32,000 bases of DNA from Halogeometricum borinquense DSM 11551 (GCF_000172995.2 NC_014729.1:1770001-1802000), one strand, 5' to 3'. Positions 16,255 through 24,964 are shown, counted from the stretch's first letter. Notes: a model not told the origin generated them from the sequence alone. Numbers and translations: made by a program.

Positions 16255-17961
16255 ATGCCTGGTGCAACTGACCAGACGCTCCGACCGTTTCTCTGGCGCG
16301 CACAGAAAATGTTCCCCGACCGCGAGGTCGTCTCGCGAACACATGAGGGGAGAGAGCGCTACACCTACTCCGAGTACGGCGCGAGGGTCGCCCAGTTGGC
16401 GAACGCCCTTGCGGGCGCTGGTATCGAAGACGGCGACCGCGTGGGGACGTTCTGCTGGAACCACCATCGCCACTTCGAGGCGTACTTCGCCGTGCCGTCG
16501 ATGGGTGCGCAACTACACACGATCAACCCGCTTCTCCCCGACCACCACATCCAGTACATCGTAGAGAACGCCGCTGACCGACTTCTCTTCGTGGACCCGT
16601 CGCTGGTGGAGAAACTGGCAGGGGCGTACGACGAGGACGCGTTCGAATCAGTCGAGCAGTTCGTCGTGATGGGGAGTGAGGTACCCGACACCCCGCTAGA
16701 GAACGTCACCGACTACGAATCGTTCGTCGGCGGCGAGGAGACCGACTACGACTGGCCGAACTTACCGGAGGAGCAACCGGCGGGGATGTGCTACACCTCC
16801 GGGACGACGGGAAAGCCGAAGGGAGTCGAGTACACCCAGCAGATGCTGTGGTCGCACACGATGGCGTCGCTTCCGGAAGCAGGTCTCGACCTTCGGTCGT
16901 CGGACGTGGTGATGCCCGTCGTGCCGATGTTTCACGTCAACGCGTGGGGGTTCCCGTTCTCGACGACCGCCGCGGGCGCAAAGCACGTCTACCCCGGCCC
17001 GTCGCCGACGCCCGAAGACCTCGCAACTCTCATCGAGGAAGAGGGCGTGACGATTACCGCTGGCGTCCCGACCGTCTGGTTGGGTCTGCTCGAGTATCTG
17101 GCGGAGAACGACGCCGACATGTCCTCGTTGGAACGCATCGTGATCGGTGGGTCTGCGGCCCCGAAATCGGTCATCCGTCGCTTCGACGAGGAGTACGACG
17201 TGACGGTTACACACGCGTGGGGGATGACCGAGATGGCACCGCTCGGCACCGTCGCAAATCTCAAACCCGGAATGGAGTCACTGCCAAAAGAAGAGCAGTA
17301 CGAAAAGCAGGCCAAACAGGGGCTTCTCGTCCCCGGACTGGAGATGCGCGTCGTGGACGACGACGGCGAGGAAGTTCCGTGGAACGGAGAGGACTTCGGT
17401 GAACTGTGGGTTCGCGGACCGTGGGTGACGACCGAATACTTCGAGCGCCCCGAAGCGAACGAGGAGGACTTCGAGGTTCCCGCGGGCGGAGCGAGCGGGC
17501 AGTCGGCGGATGAAGTGTCCGGAGTGTGGCTGAAGACGGGTGACGTGGTGACTGTAGACCCAGAGGGCTACGTCAAGATCGTTGACCGCGCGAAGGACGT
17601 TATCAAATCCGGCGGGGAGTGGATTTCCTCCGTCGAACTGGAGAACGCGCTGATGGCGAACGACAACGTCGCCGAAGCTACCGTTGTCGGCGTGCCGCAC
17701 GAACGCTGGCAGGAACGACCCGTCGCGTTCGTCGTGCCGACCCGCGGAACCGACGAGGACAGCCTGAAAGCGGAACTCATCGAGATGGTCGAAGACGAGT
17801 TCCCGAAGTGGTGGGCACCCGACGAAGTCGTGTTCATCGAGGAGGTGCCGAAAACGGCCACCGGCAAGTTCGACAAGAAAGTACTCCGAGAGCAGTACGA
17901 CGACCAGTCACTCGTGGAAGGAAAAACACCCGACGACGCCGCACCTGACGCGAACGACTGA
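16255..17961 (+). CDS. long/medium-chain fatty-acid--CoA ligase
   Basis: YTSGTTGKPKGV, WGMTEM, TGDVVTVDPEGYVKIVDRAKDVIKSGGEWISS, PKTATGKF. ATG 16255 is preferred over the TTG at 16234. Confidence 0.9.
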   Translation: MPGATDQTLRPFLWRAQKMFPDREVVSRTHEGRERYTYSEYGARVAQLANALAGAGIEDGDRVGTFCWNHHRHFEAYFAVPSMGAQLHTINPLLPDHHIQYIVENAADRLLFVDPSLVEKLAGAYDEDAFESVEQFVVMGSEVPDTPLENVTDYESFVGGEETDYDWPNLPEEQPAGMCYTSGTTGKPKGVEYTQQMLWSHTMASLPEAGLDLRSSDVVMPVVPMFHVNAWGFPFSTTAAGAKHVYPGPSPTPEDLATLIEEEGVTITAGVPTVWLGLLEYLAENDADMSSLERIVIGGSAAPKSVIRRFDEEYDVTVTHAWGMTEMAPLGTVANLKPGMESLPKEEQYEKQAKQGLLVPGLEMRVVDDDGEEVPWNGEDFGELWVRGPWVTTEYFERPEANEEDFEVPAGGASGQSADEVSGVWLKTGDVVTVDPEGYVKIVDRAKDVIKSGGEWISSVELENALMANDNVAEATVVGVPHERWQERPVAFVVPTRGTDEDSLKAELIEMVEDEFPKWWAPDEVVFIEEVPKTATGKFDKKVLREQYDDQSLVEGKTPDDAAPDAND

Positions 17962-18057
17962 CTCGCGCAGACAGTATCCTATCTTTGAAACGAAAAACTC
18001 GTTTGAAGGTTTCCACAGTTCCATGGATTATTTTACCTTACAATTCTATATGAGACC

Positions 18058-19206
18058 ATGGACCTTCTCGACGAGAGCATCGTCCCAGAACACGCCCGGG
18101 ACGTAAAGCAGACCGCACGTGAGTTCGCTGAGGAGCATATTCGCCCCCAGGCAGAGGAGTACTACGAGAGCGGCGAGTACCCGTGGGACATCCTCGAAGC
18201 AGGTATGGACGCGGGGCTTGTCGCCCAAGACATCTCCGAAGAGTACGGCGGCAAGGGCTACGACCTCCTCCAGATTCTCGCTATCAACGAGGAACTGTAC
18301 CGCGTTGACGCGGGTATCGCGCTGACGCTCATGCTCGCCTCGTTCGGTTGTGAAATCGTCGAAGACTACGGAAGCCAAGAGCAGAAGGAGAAGTACCTCC
18401 GTCCGGTCGCCGAGAACGAGCAGATTTCGGGGCTGGCCGTCTCGGAACCCCAAACCGGTTCCGACATGGCTGGTATGACGACGACGGCCGAAAAGACGGA
18501 CGATGGCTGGGTGCTGAACGGCGAGAAGTACTGGGTCGGTAACGCCGTCGAAGCCGACTGGCTGACCGTCTACGCGAAGACGGGCGACACCGACGACCGG
18601 TACTCGAACTACACGATGTTCATCGTGGAGACGGACACCGAGGGCTACGAAGCCGAACACATCCCCGAGAAGATGGGGATGCGCGCATCTAAGCAGGGTC
18701 ACATCGTCTTCGACGACTGCGTTGTCCCCGAGGAGAACGTCATCGGCACGCCCGGCGGTGGATTCTACATGCTCGCGGACTTCTTCAACCACGGCCGTGT
18801 CGTCGTCGGCGGACACGGCATCGGTCTCGCCGCACACGCCATCGAGGAGACGTGGGAGTTCGTCCACGAGCGCGAGGGATTCGGCCGCAACATCTCTGAC
18901 TTCCAGTCCACCCAGCACATCCTCGCAGACATGCGCATGGAGTTCGAGGCGGCCCGCTCGCTCAACTGGCGCGCTGCGGAGAAGGTTGCAAACGGCGAGA
19001 ACGCTGGTTTCTGGGCGGCGTCGGCGAAGACGAAGTCCACCGAGACGGCGATGATGTGCGCCGAACGCGGCATGCAACTTCACGGTGGCCGCTCCGTTCT
19101 CAACGAGTACCCCATCTCTCGCGTCTACCGCGACGTGCGCATCCCGGTCATCTACGAGGGTGCAAACGAGATTCAGCGCAACCTCATCTACCGGCAGTCG
19201 AATTAA
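18058..19206 (+). CDS. acd: acyl-CoA dehydrogenase
   Basis: 382 aa with typical ACAD motifs (GLAVSEPQTGSDMAGM, YWVGNA, QLHGG..VLNEYPISRVYRDVRI.VIYEGANEIQR). Confidence 0.95.
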   Translation: MDLLDESIVPEHARDVKQTAREFAEEHIRPQAEEYYESGEYPWDILEAGMDAGLVAQDISEEYGGKGYDLLQILAINEELYRVDAGIALTLMLASFGCEIVEDYGSQEQKEKYLRPVAENEQISGLAVSEPQTGSDMAGMTTTAEKTDDGWVLNGEKYWVGNAVEADWLTVYAKTGDTDDRYSNYTMFIVETDTEGYEAEHIPEKMGMRASKQGHIVFDDCVVPEENVIGTPGGGFYMLADFFNHGRVVVGGHGIGLAAHAIEETWEFVHEREGFGRNISDFQSTQHILADMRMEFEAARSLNWRAAEKVANGENAGFWAASAKTKSTETAMMCAERGMQLHGGRSVLNEYPISRVYRDVRIPVIYEGANEIQRNLIYRQSN

Positions 19207-19290
19207 CACCCGCTCGGCGCTGCAGTGCGAGGCTTTCGCCTCGAATTTCCGTCACGGCGACCCACCGAACCCCCGTTTTCCCTTTGTAGC

Positions 19291-20994
19291 TCAGTGAGCC
19301 AGTCGCACCGCGATGAGGAGAAACACGACGACGGGCACGACGAGTGCAACGCCTTGTGCCGTTTCGTCCGAGGGCAGGCCTAGCTCGAACAGCCACTTCT
19401 CCAAGCCGTACCGCCGCGGCGTGGTGTCCGGGGGGGGCTCCGACTGGGTGGTAGCGACCGATTCGGTCTCCGTTGACCGCGGAACCGGCGTCACCGTCGT
19501 GTGCTCCGCGTTCAGGGGGTAGTCGTCTCGTCCATCCACCACACCGTCGCCGTCCGTATCCGCGAGCGTCGCGTTCGTCGGCAGTTCGGACTCCCGGCCG
19601 TCGTCCAGAGCGTCGGCGTCCGTGTCGGCAAGTGTCGCGTTCGTCGCACCGGCGAGTTCCACAGCATCACTGAGTCCGTCGCCATCGGTGTCGGCGCTGA
19701 ACGGATCAGTTCCGAGCGCTGCCTCCTCGCCGTCCGTCATCCCGTCGCCGTCGGTATCGGCGTCGGGGTGATTCACGTACAGGGACGGGTCGTCGGGGAC
19801 CGGCGGAGTGGCGTTAGTGCCGACGTAGGTGTCAACCCAGTCGGCCATCGAACCGTCGCCAGTCACGTCCACGACGGCCCGCCGGAAGTCCTCGTGGTCG
19901 TGGAGTTCGCCGTATCTTTCCTCGGACCGCTTTTCGAACACGTCGCGGAGCGTCTGCTGTCCGTCTGTCCGCACTCGAATCTCCGCGTCCAGTGCCGCGA
20001 GGACGTGCGCTCCTTTCTGGTAGGGGACGAACTTGCTGTTCCACGTTTCGGTATCGCGGAGGACGACACCCGAGTCCGCGTACTTGTCTGTGGTCACGTA
20101 CGAGTGAAACTCCTCGAACGAACCGACACCAGCGTTCACTGAGAGGAGCGCGCCGTAGTACTGCGCGGAACCCTCTCGAAGCCATTCGGCTGACCCGAAG
20201 AAGGCACCCAGTCGGGTGTGAACGTACTCGTGGCTGACGACGTTGCCGACGGTGTCGGTGCCGACCGACCGCGGCCGGAGGAGTATCGTGTGCTTGACGG
20301 CACGTCCGGCGAGATCAGAGGGTCCAAACGCCGATTTCGGCGGGATGAACGTGACAACTTCGTCGTACTGGAAGCCGGTATCGAACTCGGTGGCGAGCGT
20401 CTGCAAGTGGTCGGCCGTCTCGTTCATCGCTTCGGGACTTGTCGTGTTCGGCGCGGCGACGACCGTCACCGTGGGACCGTCCGTTGTCCGAGACGCGAAC
20501 CGGTGCGGGCCGAGATACGCGTACGTTTCCGAGGCGTATCCCTCTCCACTGACTGCGGTGTCGAACGTCGCTGAAACCGAGTCACCACGGTATCGCCACG
20601 ACAGCCCCGTCTGGGGAAGTGCGGCGAACGCCCAGTCGTCGGCTCCGACGACCGATTGGACCCTCTCAATCGGCGGGTCGGAGATGTGGGCTGTGAGGAC
20701 GATGACGGGGTCTGGGCCGTCAGTCCACTTAAACCGCGTCTGGTTCAGTCGTTCGACGTGCGCCGTCCGCGCTACCTCGTAGTCCCCACCTGACAGGGCA
20801 GGCACTTCGACCGTCAGTTCCGTGACGGAGTCGGGGATGTCGTAGGTGAGCGTTAGCCGGACGTTGGTTCCGTCGCGCTCGACCGTCTGCGTCTCGTCTA
20901 TCGTCGTGTCGGCCGCGAACGCCGTTCCGCCGCTAGCGAGGAGCGAGACGACGATGCAGAGTGCGAGAAGGACTCTGCGAACGCTCACGTTCAT
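19291..20994 (-). CDS. secreted/membrane-anchored zinc metallopeptidase (HExxH...E, gluzincin-like) with Ca-binding TSP3-type repeats and a C-terminal TM anchor
   Basis: N-terminal signal [27 protein letters not shown] (possibly Tat, via the RR). VSHEYVHT...[11 protein letters not shown]. Four D-x-D-x-D-G-x-x-D repeats. C-terminal [19 protein letters not shown] chosen at 20994. Confidence 0.8.
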   Translation of the reverse strand: MNVSVRRVLLALCIVVSLLASGGTAFAADTTIDETQTVERDGTNVRLTLTYDIPDSVTELTVEVPALSGGDYEVARTAHVERLNQTRFKWTDGPDPVIVLTAHISDPPIERVQSVVGADDWAFAALPQTGLSWRYRGDSVSATFDTAVSGEGYASETYAYLGPHRFASRTTDGPTVTVVAAPNTTSPEAMNETADHLQTLATEFDTGFQYDEVVTFIPPKSAFGPSDLAGRAVKHTILLRPRSVGTDTVGNVVSHEYVHTRLGAFFGSAEWLREGSAQYYGALLSVNAGVGSFEEFHSYVTTDKYADSGVVLRDTETWNSKFVPYQKGAHVLAALDAEIRVRTDGQQTLRDVFEKRSEERYGELHDHEDFRRAVVDVTGDGSMADWVDTYVGTNATPPVPDDPSLYVNHPDADTDGDGMTDGEEAALGTDPFSADTDGDGLSDAVELAGATNATLADTDADALDDGRESELPTNATLADTDGDGVVDGRDDYPLNAEHTTVTPVPRSTETESVATTQSEPPPDTTPRRYGLEKWLFELGLPSDETAQGVALVVPVVVFLLIAVRLAH

Positions 20995-21286
20995 CCCCCT
21001 GAAGTTCACGCAATCGCAGTTAAATTCATCCCTCTTCAAACTACGTCAGTTTGTCAATCGCAGTTCGGTTCCCACGAATGCGTTGCCTTCACTGGACAAT
21101 ATCGCACCACCGAAGGGAATCGATGAGCGAACTCATTAGACACGAACGGCGCGCTGAAAACAGTCACCTTGGTTTGAACAACAGCACAGCCGACAGATAC
21201 GGAGGCGTTTCCGAGACAGTATTTCGCTGTGGTCCCACAACCTTGGAAATCCTTAAGGCCGCATGTCCGGTAATTCTCGGTAACCA

Positions 21287-22462
21287 ATGAGCCTGCCAGA
21301 CCTCCCTGACCTCGATGCCGATGTCCCCGAGATAACGGCGGAGACGCTGAAGTCTCGCCTCGACGACGGCGAGGAACTCATGCTGCTGGATACCCGGCCA
21401 CCGGCCAAACACGAGGAGTGGCGTATCGACGCTGACTCGGTGACGTACGTCAACCGGCCGTACGACAACTATCTCGACGGAGAACTCACCGACGAACTCG
21501 TCGCGGGCCTCCCAGACGACGAGGAATTCGTCGTCTTCTGTGCGAAAGGCCACACCAGCGAGTTCGTCGCCGGGAAACTCCGCCTCGCGGGATACGACGC
21601 TGTCGCCCTCGAAGACGGCATGGAAGGGTGGGCGAGACTCTACGAATACACCGAACTCGACACCGACTTCGACGGCATCGTCGGTCAGTACTACCGGCCG
21701 TCGAGCGGCTGTCTGGCCTACCTCATCGTCTCCGATGACGAAGCGGCGGTCGTAGACCCACTGCGTGCCTTTACTGACCGGTACGTGACAGACGCGGCCG
21801 AGTACGGCGCGAGCATCGAGTACGTCATCGACACTCACGTCCACGCCGACCACATCAGCGGACTCCGCGAACTCGCCGCCGAGACGGGTGCGAAGACGGT
21901 TCTCTCGGCGACCGCTGCGGACCGCGGTGTCGCATACGTTGTGGACGTGTTAGTCGAAGACGGCGACACGATCACCCTTGGTGACGCGGACATCAAGGTG
22001 ATTCACACCCCCGGTCACACCTCCGGCATGACCTCCCTGCTCGTCGGCGACGTGCTTCTCACTGGTGACGGCCTGTTCACAGATAGCGTTGCTCGCCCCG
22101 ATTTAGAGGCGGGTTCCGAGGGTGCGACCGACGCGGCGCGGACGCTGTACGAGACGATTCACGAGCGGATTCTCCCGCTCTCCGACGGGACGCGCATCGC
22201 CCCCGCTCACACTGCCAGTGCGACAGCCACGTCCGTAGACGGTACGTATACGGCCTCCCTCGGAGAACTGACTGCACACATGGAAGCACTCCGGTACGAC
22301 CGCGATTCGTTCGTTGAGTACGTCCTTGCCGACATGCCACCGCGTCCAGCGAACTACGAAGAAATCATCGAGACGAACCTCGGTCAGACCGACGTGAACG
22401 ACGAGGAGGCGTTTACGCTCGAACTGGGACCGAACAACTGCGCGGCTGAATCCACCATCTGA
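21287..22462 (+). CDS. rhodanese-domain / MBL-fold fusion protein (persulfide-dioxygenase-like)
   Basis: N-terminal rhodanese domain with the active-site loop FCAKGHTS. Metallo-beta-lactamase motif IDTHVHADHISG and downstream HTPGHTSG. Confidence 0.9.
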   Translation: MSLPDLPDLDADVPEITAETLKSRLDDGEELMLLDTRPPAKHEEWRIDADSVTYVNRPYDNYLDGELTDELVAGLPDDEEFVVFCAKGHTSEFVAGKLRLAGYDAVALEDGMEGWARLYEYTELDTDFDGIVGQYYRPSSGCLAYLIVSDDEAAVVDPLRAFTDRYVTDAAEYGASIEYVIDTHVHADHISGLRELAAETGAKTVLSATAADRGVAYVVDVLVEDGDTITLGDADIKVIHTPGHTSGMTSLLVGDVLLTGDGLFTDSVARPDLEAGSEGATDAARTLYETIHERILPLSDGTRIAPAHTASATATSVDGTYTASLGELTAHMEALRYDRDSFVEYVLADMPPRPANYEEIIETNLGQTDVNDEEAFTLELGPNNCAAESTI

Positions 22463-22468
22463 CCCTCG

Positions 22469-22987
22469 ATGGTCGGACTCTCACTCTCCGCCGCAGGCGC
22501 TACCGTGCCGCTCGTTGTCGTCGGTGACCTCTTTCCGAACGGATGGATCGACTACGCTCTCGGTGGCGTCCTCATCGGCCTCGGCGTCTCCGTCATCTAC
22601 CTTTCGACGGGTATTATCGCTGGGGCGAGTACGTTCCTCGAATCGACGCTCTCGTACGTCTCGGATCTCCCCCGCTTCAATCGGGGCAAGTACGTCCGCT
22701 CTCGTGACTGGCGCGTCGTCTTCACCGGCGGAATCGTCCTCGGTGCGGCTCTCTACACCGTTACGCTCGGCCCCGGCGGGTGGACCACGCAGGTCCAACC
22801 GTGGCGTCTTTTCCTCGGCGGCACGCTCGTCGGCGTCGGGACGCGACTCGGCAAAGGCTGTACATCCGGTCACGGCGTCTGCGGCATCGGTTCCGGGTCA
22901 AACACCTCGTTCGTCAACGTTGCCACGTTCATGCTCCTCGCCATCGGGACGGCGCAACTTGTCGCCGCACTGGGGGTGTCGCCGTGA
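22469..22987 (+). CDS. YeeE/YedE-family sulfur-transport-like membrane protein (half-size)
   Basis: 172 aa, multi-TM, with the conserved GKGCTSGHGVCG motif. Confidence 0.85.
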   Translation: MVGLSLSAAGATVPLVVVGDLFPNGWIDYALGGVLIGLGVSVIYLSTGIIAGASTFLESTLSYVSDLPRFNRGKYVRSRDWRVVFTGGIVLGAALYTVTLGPGGWTTQVQPWRLFLGGTLVGVGTRLGKGCTSGHGVCGIGSGSNTSFVNVATFMLLAIGTAQLVAALGVSP

Positions 22988-23451
22988 CGAGTGAGAACAC
23001 ACATCCGTTGTTCCTGCCCGTTATCCTCCTCGGCGGCGTGCTGTTCGGGTTCGGACTCGGCCTGAGTCAGATGGCGCGACCGGAGGTCGTCTTGGATTTC
23101 CTGCAGTTCGAGGATTTCGGACTCCTCTTCGTGATGGGCGGGGCCGCCGCCGTCACCGCGGTCGTCTTCACAGTCGGCGTTAGACTCCACCGAGGCGCAC
23201 CGCTTACGGGCCGGCCGTACGAGCGTCGCGAGAAATCGTTCGACCGGAACGTCCTCGTCGGCGGCACCGTTTTCGGCGTCGGTTGGGGCCTGTCCGGCAT
23301 TTGTCCGGGGGCGGCCTACGCGAGTCTCGGTGTCGGCAACGTGCCCATCCTCTGGGCTATCGGCGGCATGTTCGTCGGCGCGTACGTACAGGGGTATCTT
23401 CGGGCCGCACTCTCGGAGCGCGACGCGGCAGCGCCGACGACTGCTGACTGA
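22984..23451 (+). CDS. second half-size YeeE/YedE-like membrane protein
   Basis: The GTG start at 22984 overlaps the previous stop (GTGA). 155 aa, multi-TM, with the motif GWGLSGICPGAAY. Confidence 0.8.
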   Translation: MTSENTHPLFLPVILLGGVLFGFGLGLSQMARPEVVLDFLQFEDFGLLFVMGGAAAVTAVVFTVGVRLHRGAPLTGRPYERREKSFDRNVLVGGTVFGVGWGLSGICPGAAYASLGVGNVPILWAIGGMFVGAYVQGYLRAALSERDAAAPTTAD

Positions 23452-23486
23452 TTGGCGCGGCATCCTTCCATCCAGAACGGTAGAGA

Positions 23487-23576
23487 GCGGTCGAGCGGTG
23501 AAAGGCAGTCGAGCGATGGAGGGCAGTCGAACGGCGAAAGACAGTCGAGTGGTTGAAGACTGTCGAACGGAGCGGT
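23487..23576. repeat. five head-to-tail 18-bp repeats (consensus RCRGTCGARCGGNGRARG)
   Basis: Units start at 23487, 23505, 23523, 23541 and 23559, exactly 18 bp apart. A degenerate sixth unit starts at 23581. The array lies between the yeeE-like stop and the HTH regulator start. Confidence 0.9.
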
Positions 23577-23639
23577 TTGGACAGTGTTGCACCGTTCAAA
23601 CAAACCCTTTTGAGCGCGGACCACCAACGTATCACGAGT

Positions 23640-24047
23640 ATGCCCGACTCGATGGCCGAGTATCTCCAAGCGGATATGGAGTGTGAAGGACTCTTGGAGT
23701 GCATTCACGGCCTCAAGCAACTGGACAAACTGGTGTTTCGCACGCTCGTCGAATCAGCCGAACCGCTGACCGTAGACGAGGTGGCTGATCGCGTCGAGCG
23801 CGAACGTTCGACGGCGTACCGCGCCATCCAACGGCTCTTGCAGACAGGGTTCGTCCAGAAAGAGCAGGTCAACTACGACCAGGGCGGCTACTACCACGTC
23901 TATCGTCCGACGGACCCCGACGAAGTCGCCGACGACATGCAGCGGATGCTCAACGATTGGTACGCGAAGATGGGGACGCTCATCCAGGAGTTCCGCGACA
24001 AATACGACGAAGAGGTACCGCGCGCCGAAGCCGCCTCCTCGAAGTGA
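23640..24047 (+). CDS. winged-helix (TrmB/MarR-like) transcriptional regulator with an N-terminal C-x5-C pair
   Basis: 135 aa from ATG 23640. wHTH region LTVDEVADRVERERSTAYRAIQRLLQTGFVQKEQV...GGYYHVYRP. Cys pair in MECEGLLECIHGL. Confidence 0.8.
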   Translation: MPDSMAEYLQADMECEGLLECIHGLKQLDKLVFRTLVESAEPLTVDEVADRVERERSTAYRAIQRLLQTGFVQKEQVNYDQGGYYHVYRPTDPDEVADDMQRMLNDWYAKMGTLIQEFRDKYDEEVPRAEAASSK

Positions 24048-24142
24048 CCTGTTCTGTTCTTCGGACCGGTTCGGCCCGTCCCTAACGGCTTAGGCCGGTT
24101 GTCTATGCCAGTGAAACTGGTATCTGTAGATGGCGAACCATA

Positions 24143-24343
24143 ATGTCGAAGAGCGAAACGGGACTGACGGAGTTGACGGAGTACTGTGATATCTGTGGCG
24201 TACGAACTCCGCACAATGTCTCGATTGAACTGAAAACTGAAAGCACGAAGCAAACCAACCAGGAGTTCTCACGCGAGCCGTATCGCGTCACCGAGTGCGT
24301 CAAGTGCGGTGACGAGAACCTCCAGCGAATGAACGACGCGTGA
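24143..24343 (+). CDS. small zinc-finger protein (66 aa; CxxCG ... CxxCG)
   Basis: CDICG and CVKCG motifs 38 residues apart, an ATG start, and acidic composition. It fits the haloarchaeal C(P)XCG zinc-finger micro-protein class. Confidence 0.6.
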   Translation: MSKSETGLTELTEYCDICGVRTPHNVSIELKTESTKQTNQEFSREPYRVTECVKCGDENLQRMNDA

Positions 24344-24455
24344 CAGACCCCGCTCCTGTATCGGCGCGCAACCGTCCACGTTCACTTCCGACTCCCGTCT
24401 GGTGGATGGGTATCGGCCAACCAGACCGCTGACATCCGATGTGTTCATCGGAACT

Positions 24456-24863
24456 ATGACCCTCACTGCCGCTGACGTGCCCCTCAAGCGCCCGACCGTC
24501 CTCGTCGCAGACGACGAGGTTGCCCTGACAGATAGCATTGCCGTGTGGCTGTCCGACAGCTACCGCGTCCGGACGGCATACGACGGCCACGAGGCACTCA
24601 GAGAATTTGGTCCCTCCGTAGACATCGTTCTCCTCGACCGGCACATGCCCGGTCTCTCAGGAGAGCACGTGATGGCGCGACTGAACGAGATGAGTGCGAA
24701 TCCGCAAGCGGCGCTTCTCACGGCGACGAGTACCGACGATTTCCGCTCGGAAGTCGATGAACTCGGTTTCGATGCCTACCTCACAAAGCCGATTTCTAAA
24801 ACCGAACTGTTGGGCGTCGTCTCCGACCTCGCCGCCGCCGCATCGGAATCAGCACAGCACTGA
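24456..24863 (+). CDS. single-domain response regulator (CheY-like receiver)
   Basis: VLVADDE...VLLDRHMPGLSG...YLTKP gives the acidic pocket, phospho-acceptor D and conserved K. It is a paralogue of the receiver domain in 24965-26773. Confidence 0.85.
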   Translation: MTLTAADVPLKRPTVLVADDEVALTDSIAVWLSDSYRVRTAYDGHEALREFGPSVDIVLLDRHMPGLSGEHVMARLNEMSANPQAALLTATSTDDFRSEVDELGFDAYLTKPISKTELLGVVSDLAAAASESAQH

Positions 24864-24964
24864 CCTGTTGGACTGTGTTGTGTCGGAGCCACACCGTTCA
24901 CTCGGTCCGTTGTACTGTTGCTTACTGGCGAGTAATTCCGTGATCCCGATTTCGGATTCACTCG

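Noticed and set aside
18046-19209. 387-aa ORF on the minus strand
   Set aside because: It is an exact mirror of the acyl-CoA dehydrogenase gene and is rich in Arg/Val/Leu. It is a shadow ORF.
19291-19400. PGF-CTERM / archaeosortase sorting signal on the metalloprotease
   Set aside because: A C-terminal TM helix and a basic tail are present, but the defining Pro-Gly-Phe motif is absent (the sequence is ...[22 protein letters not shown]).
21054-21287. 77-aa Cys-rich minus-strand ORF (and its mirror, 21051-21290 on +)
   Set aside because: The two mirror each other in an AT-richer promoter region. They are not acidic, have no recognisable motif, and the start overlaps the ATG of the rhodanese-MBL gene. 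I treat this as non-coding.
23316-23720. ORFs crossing the 18-bp repeat array that encode 6-aa periodic peptides (23330-23686 on +, 23316-23720 on -, 23357-23704 on -)
   Set aside because: The periodicity is a by-product of the DNA repeat. The translations are Arg/Ser-rich, and all three overlap the end of the yeeE-like gene and/or the start of the HTH regulator gene.
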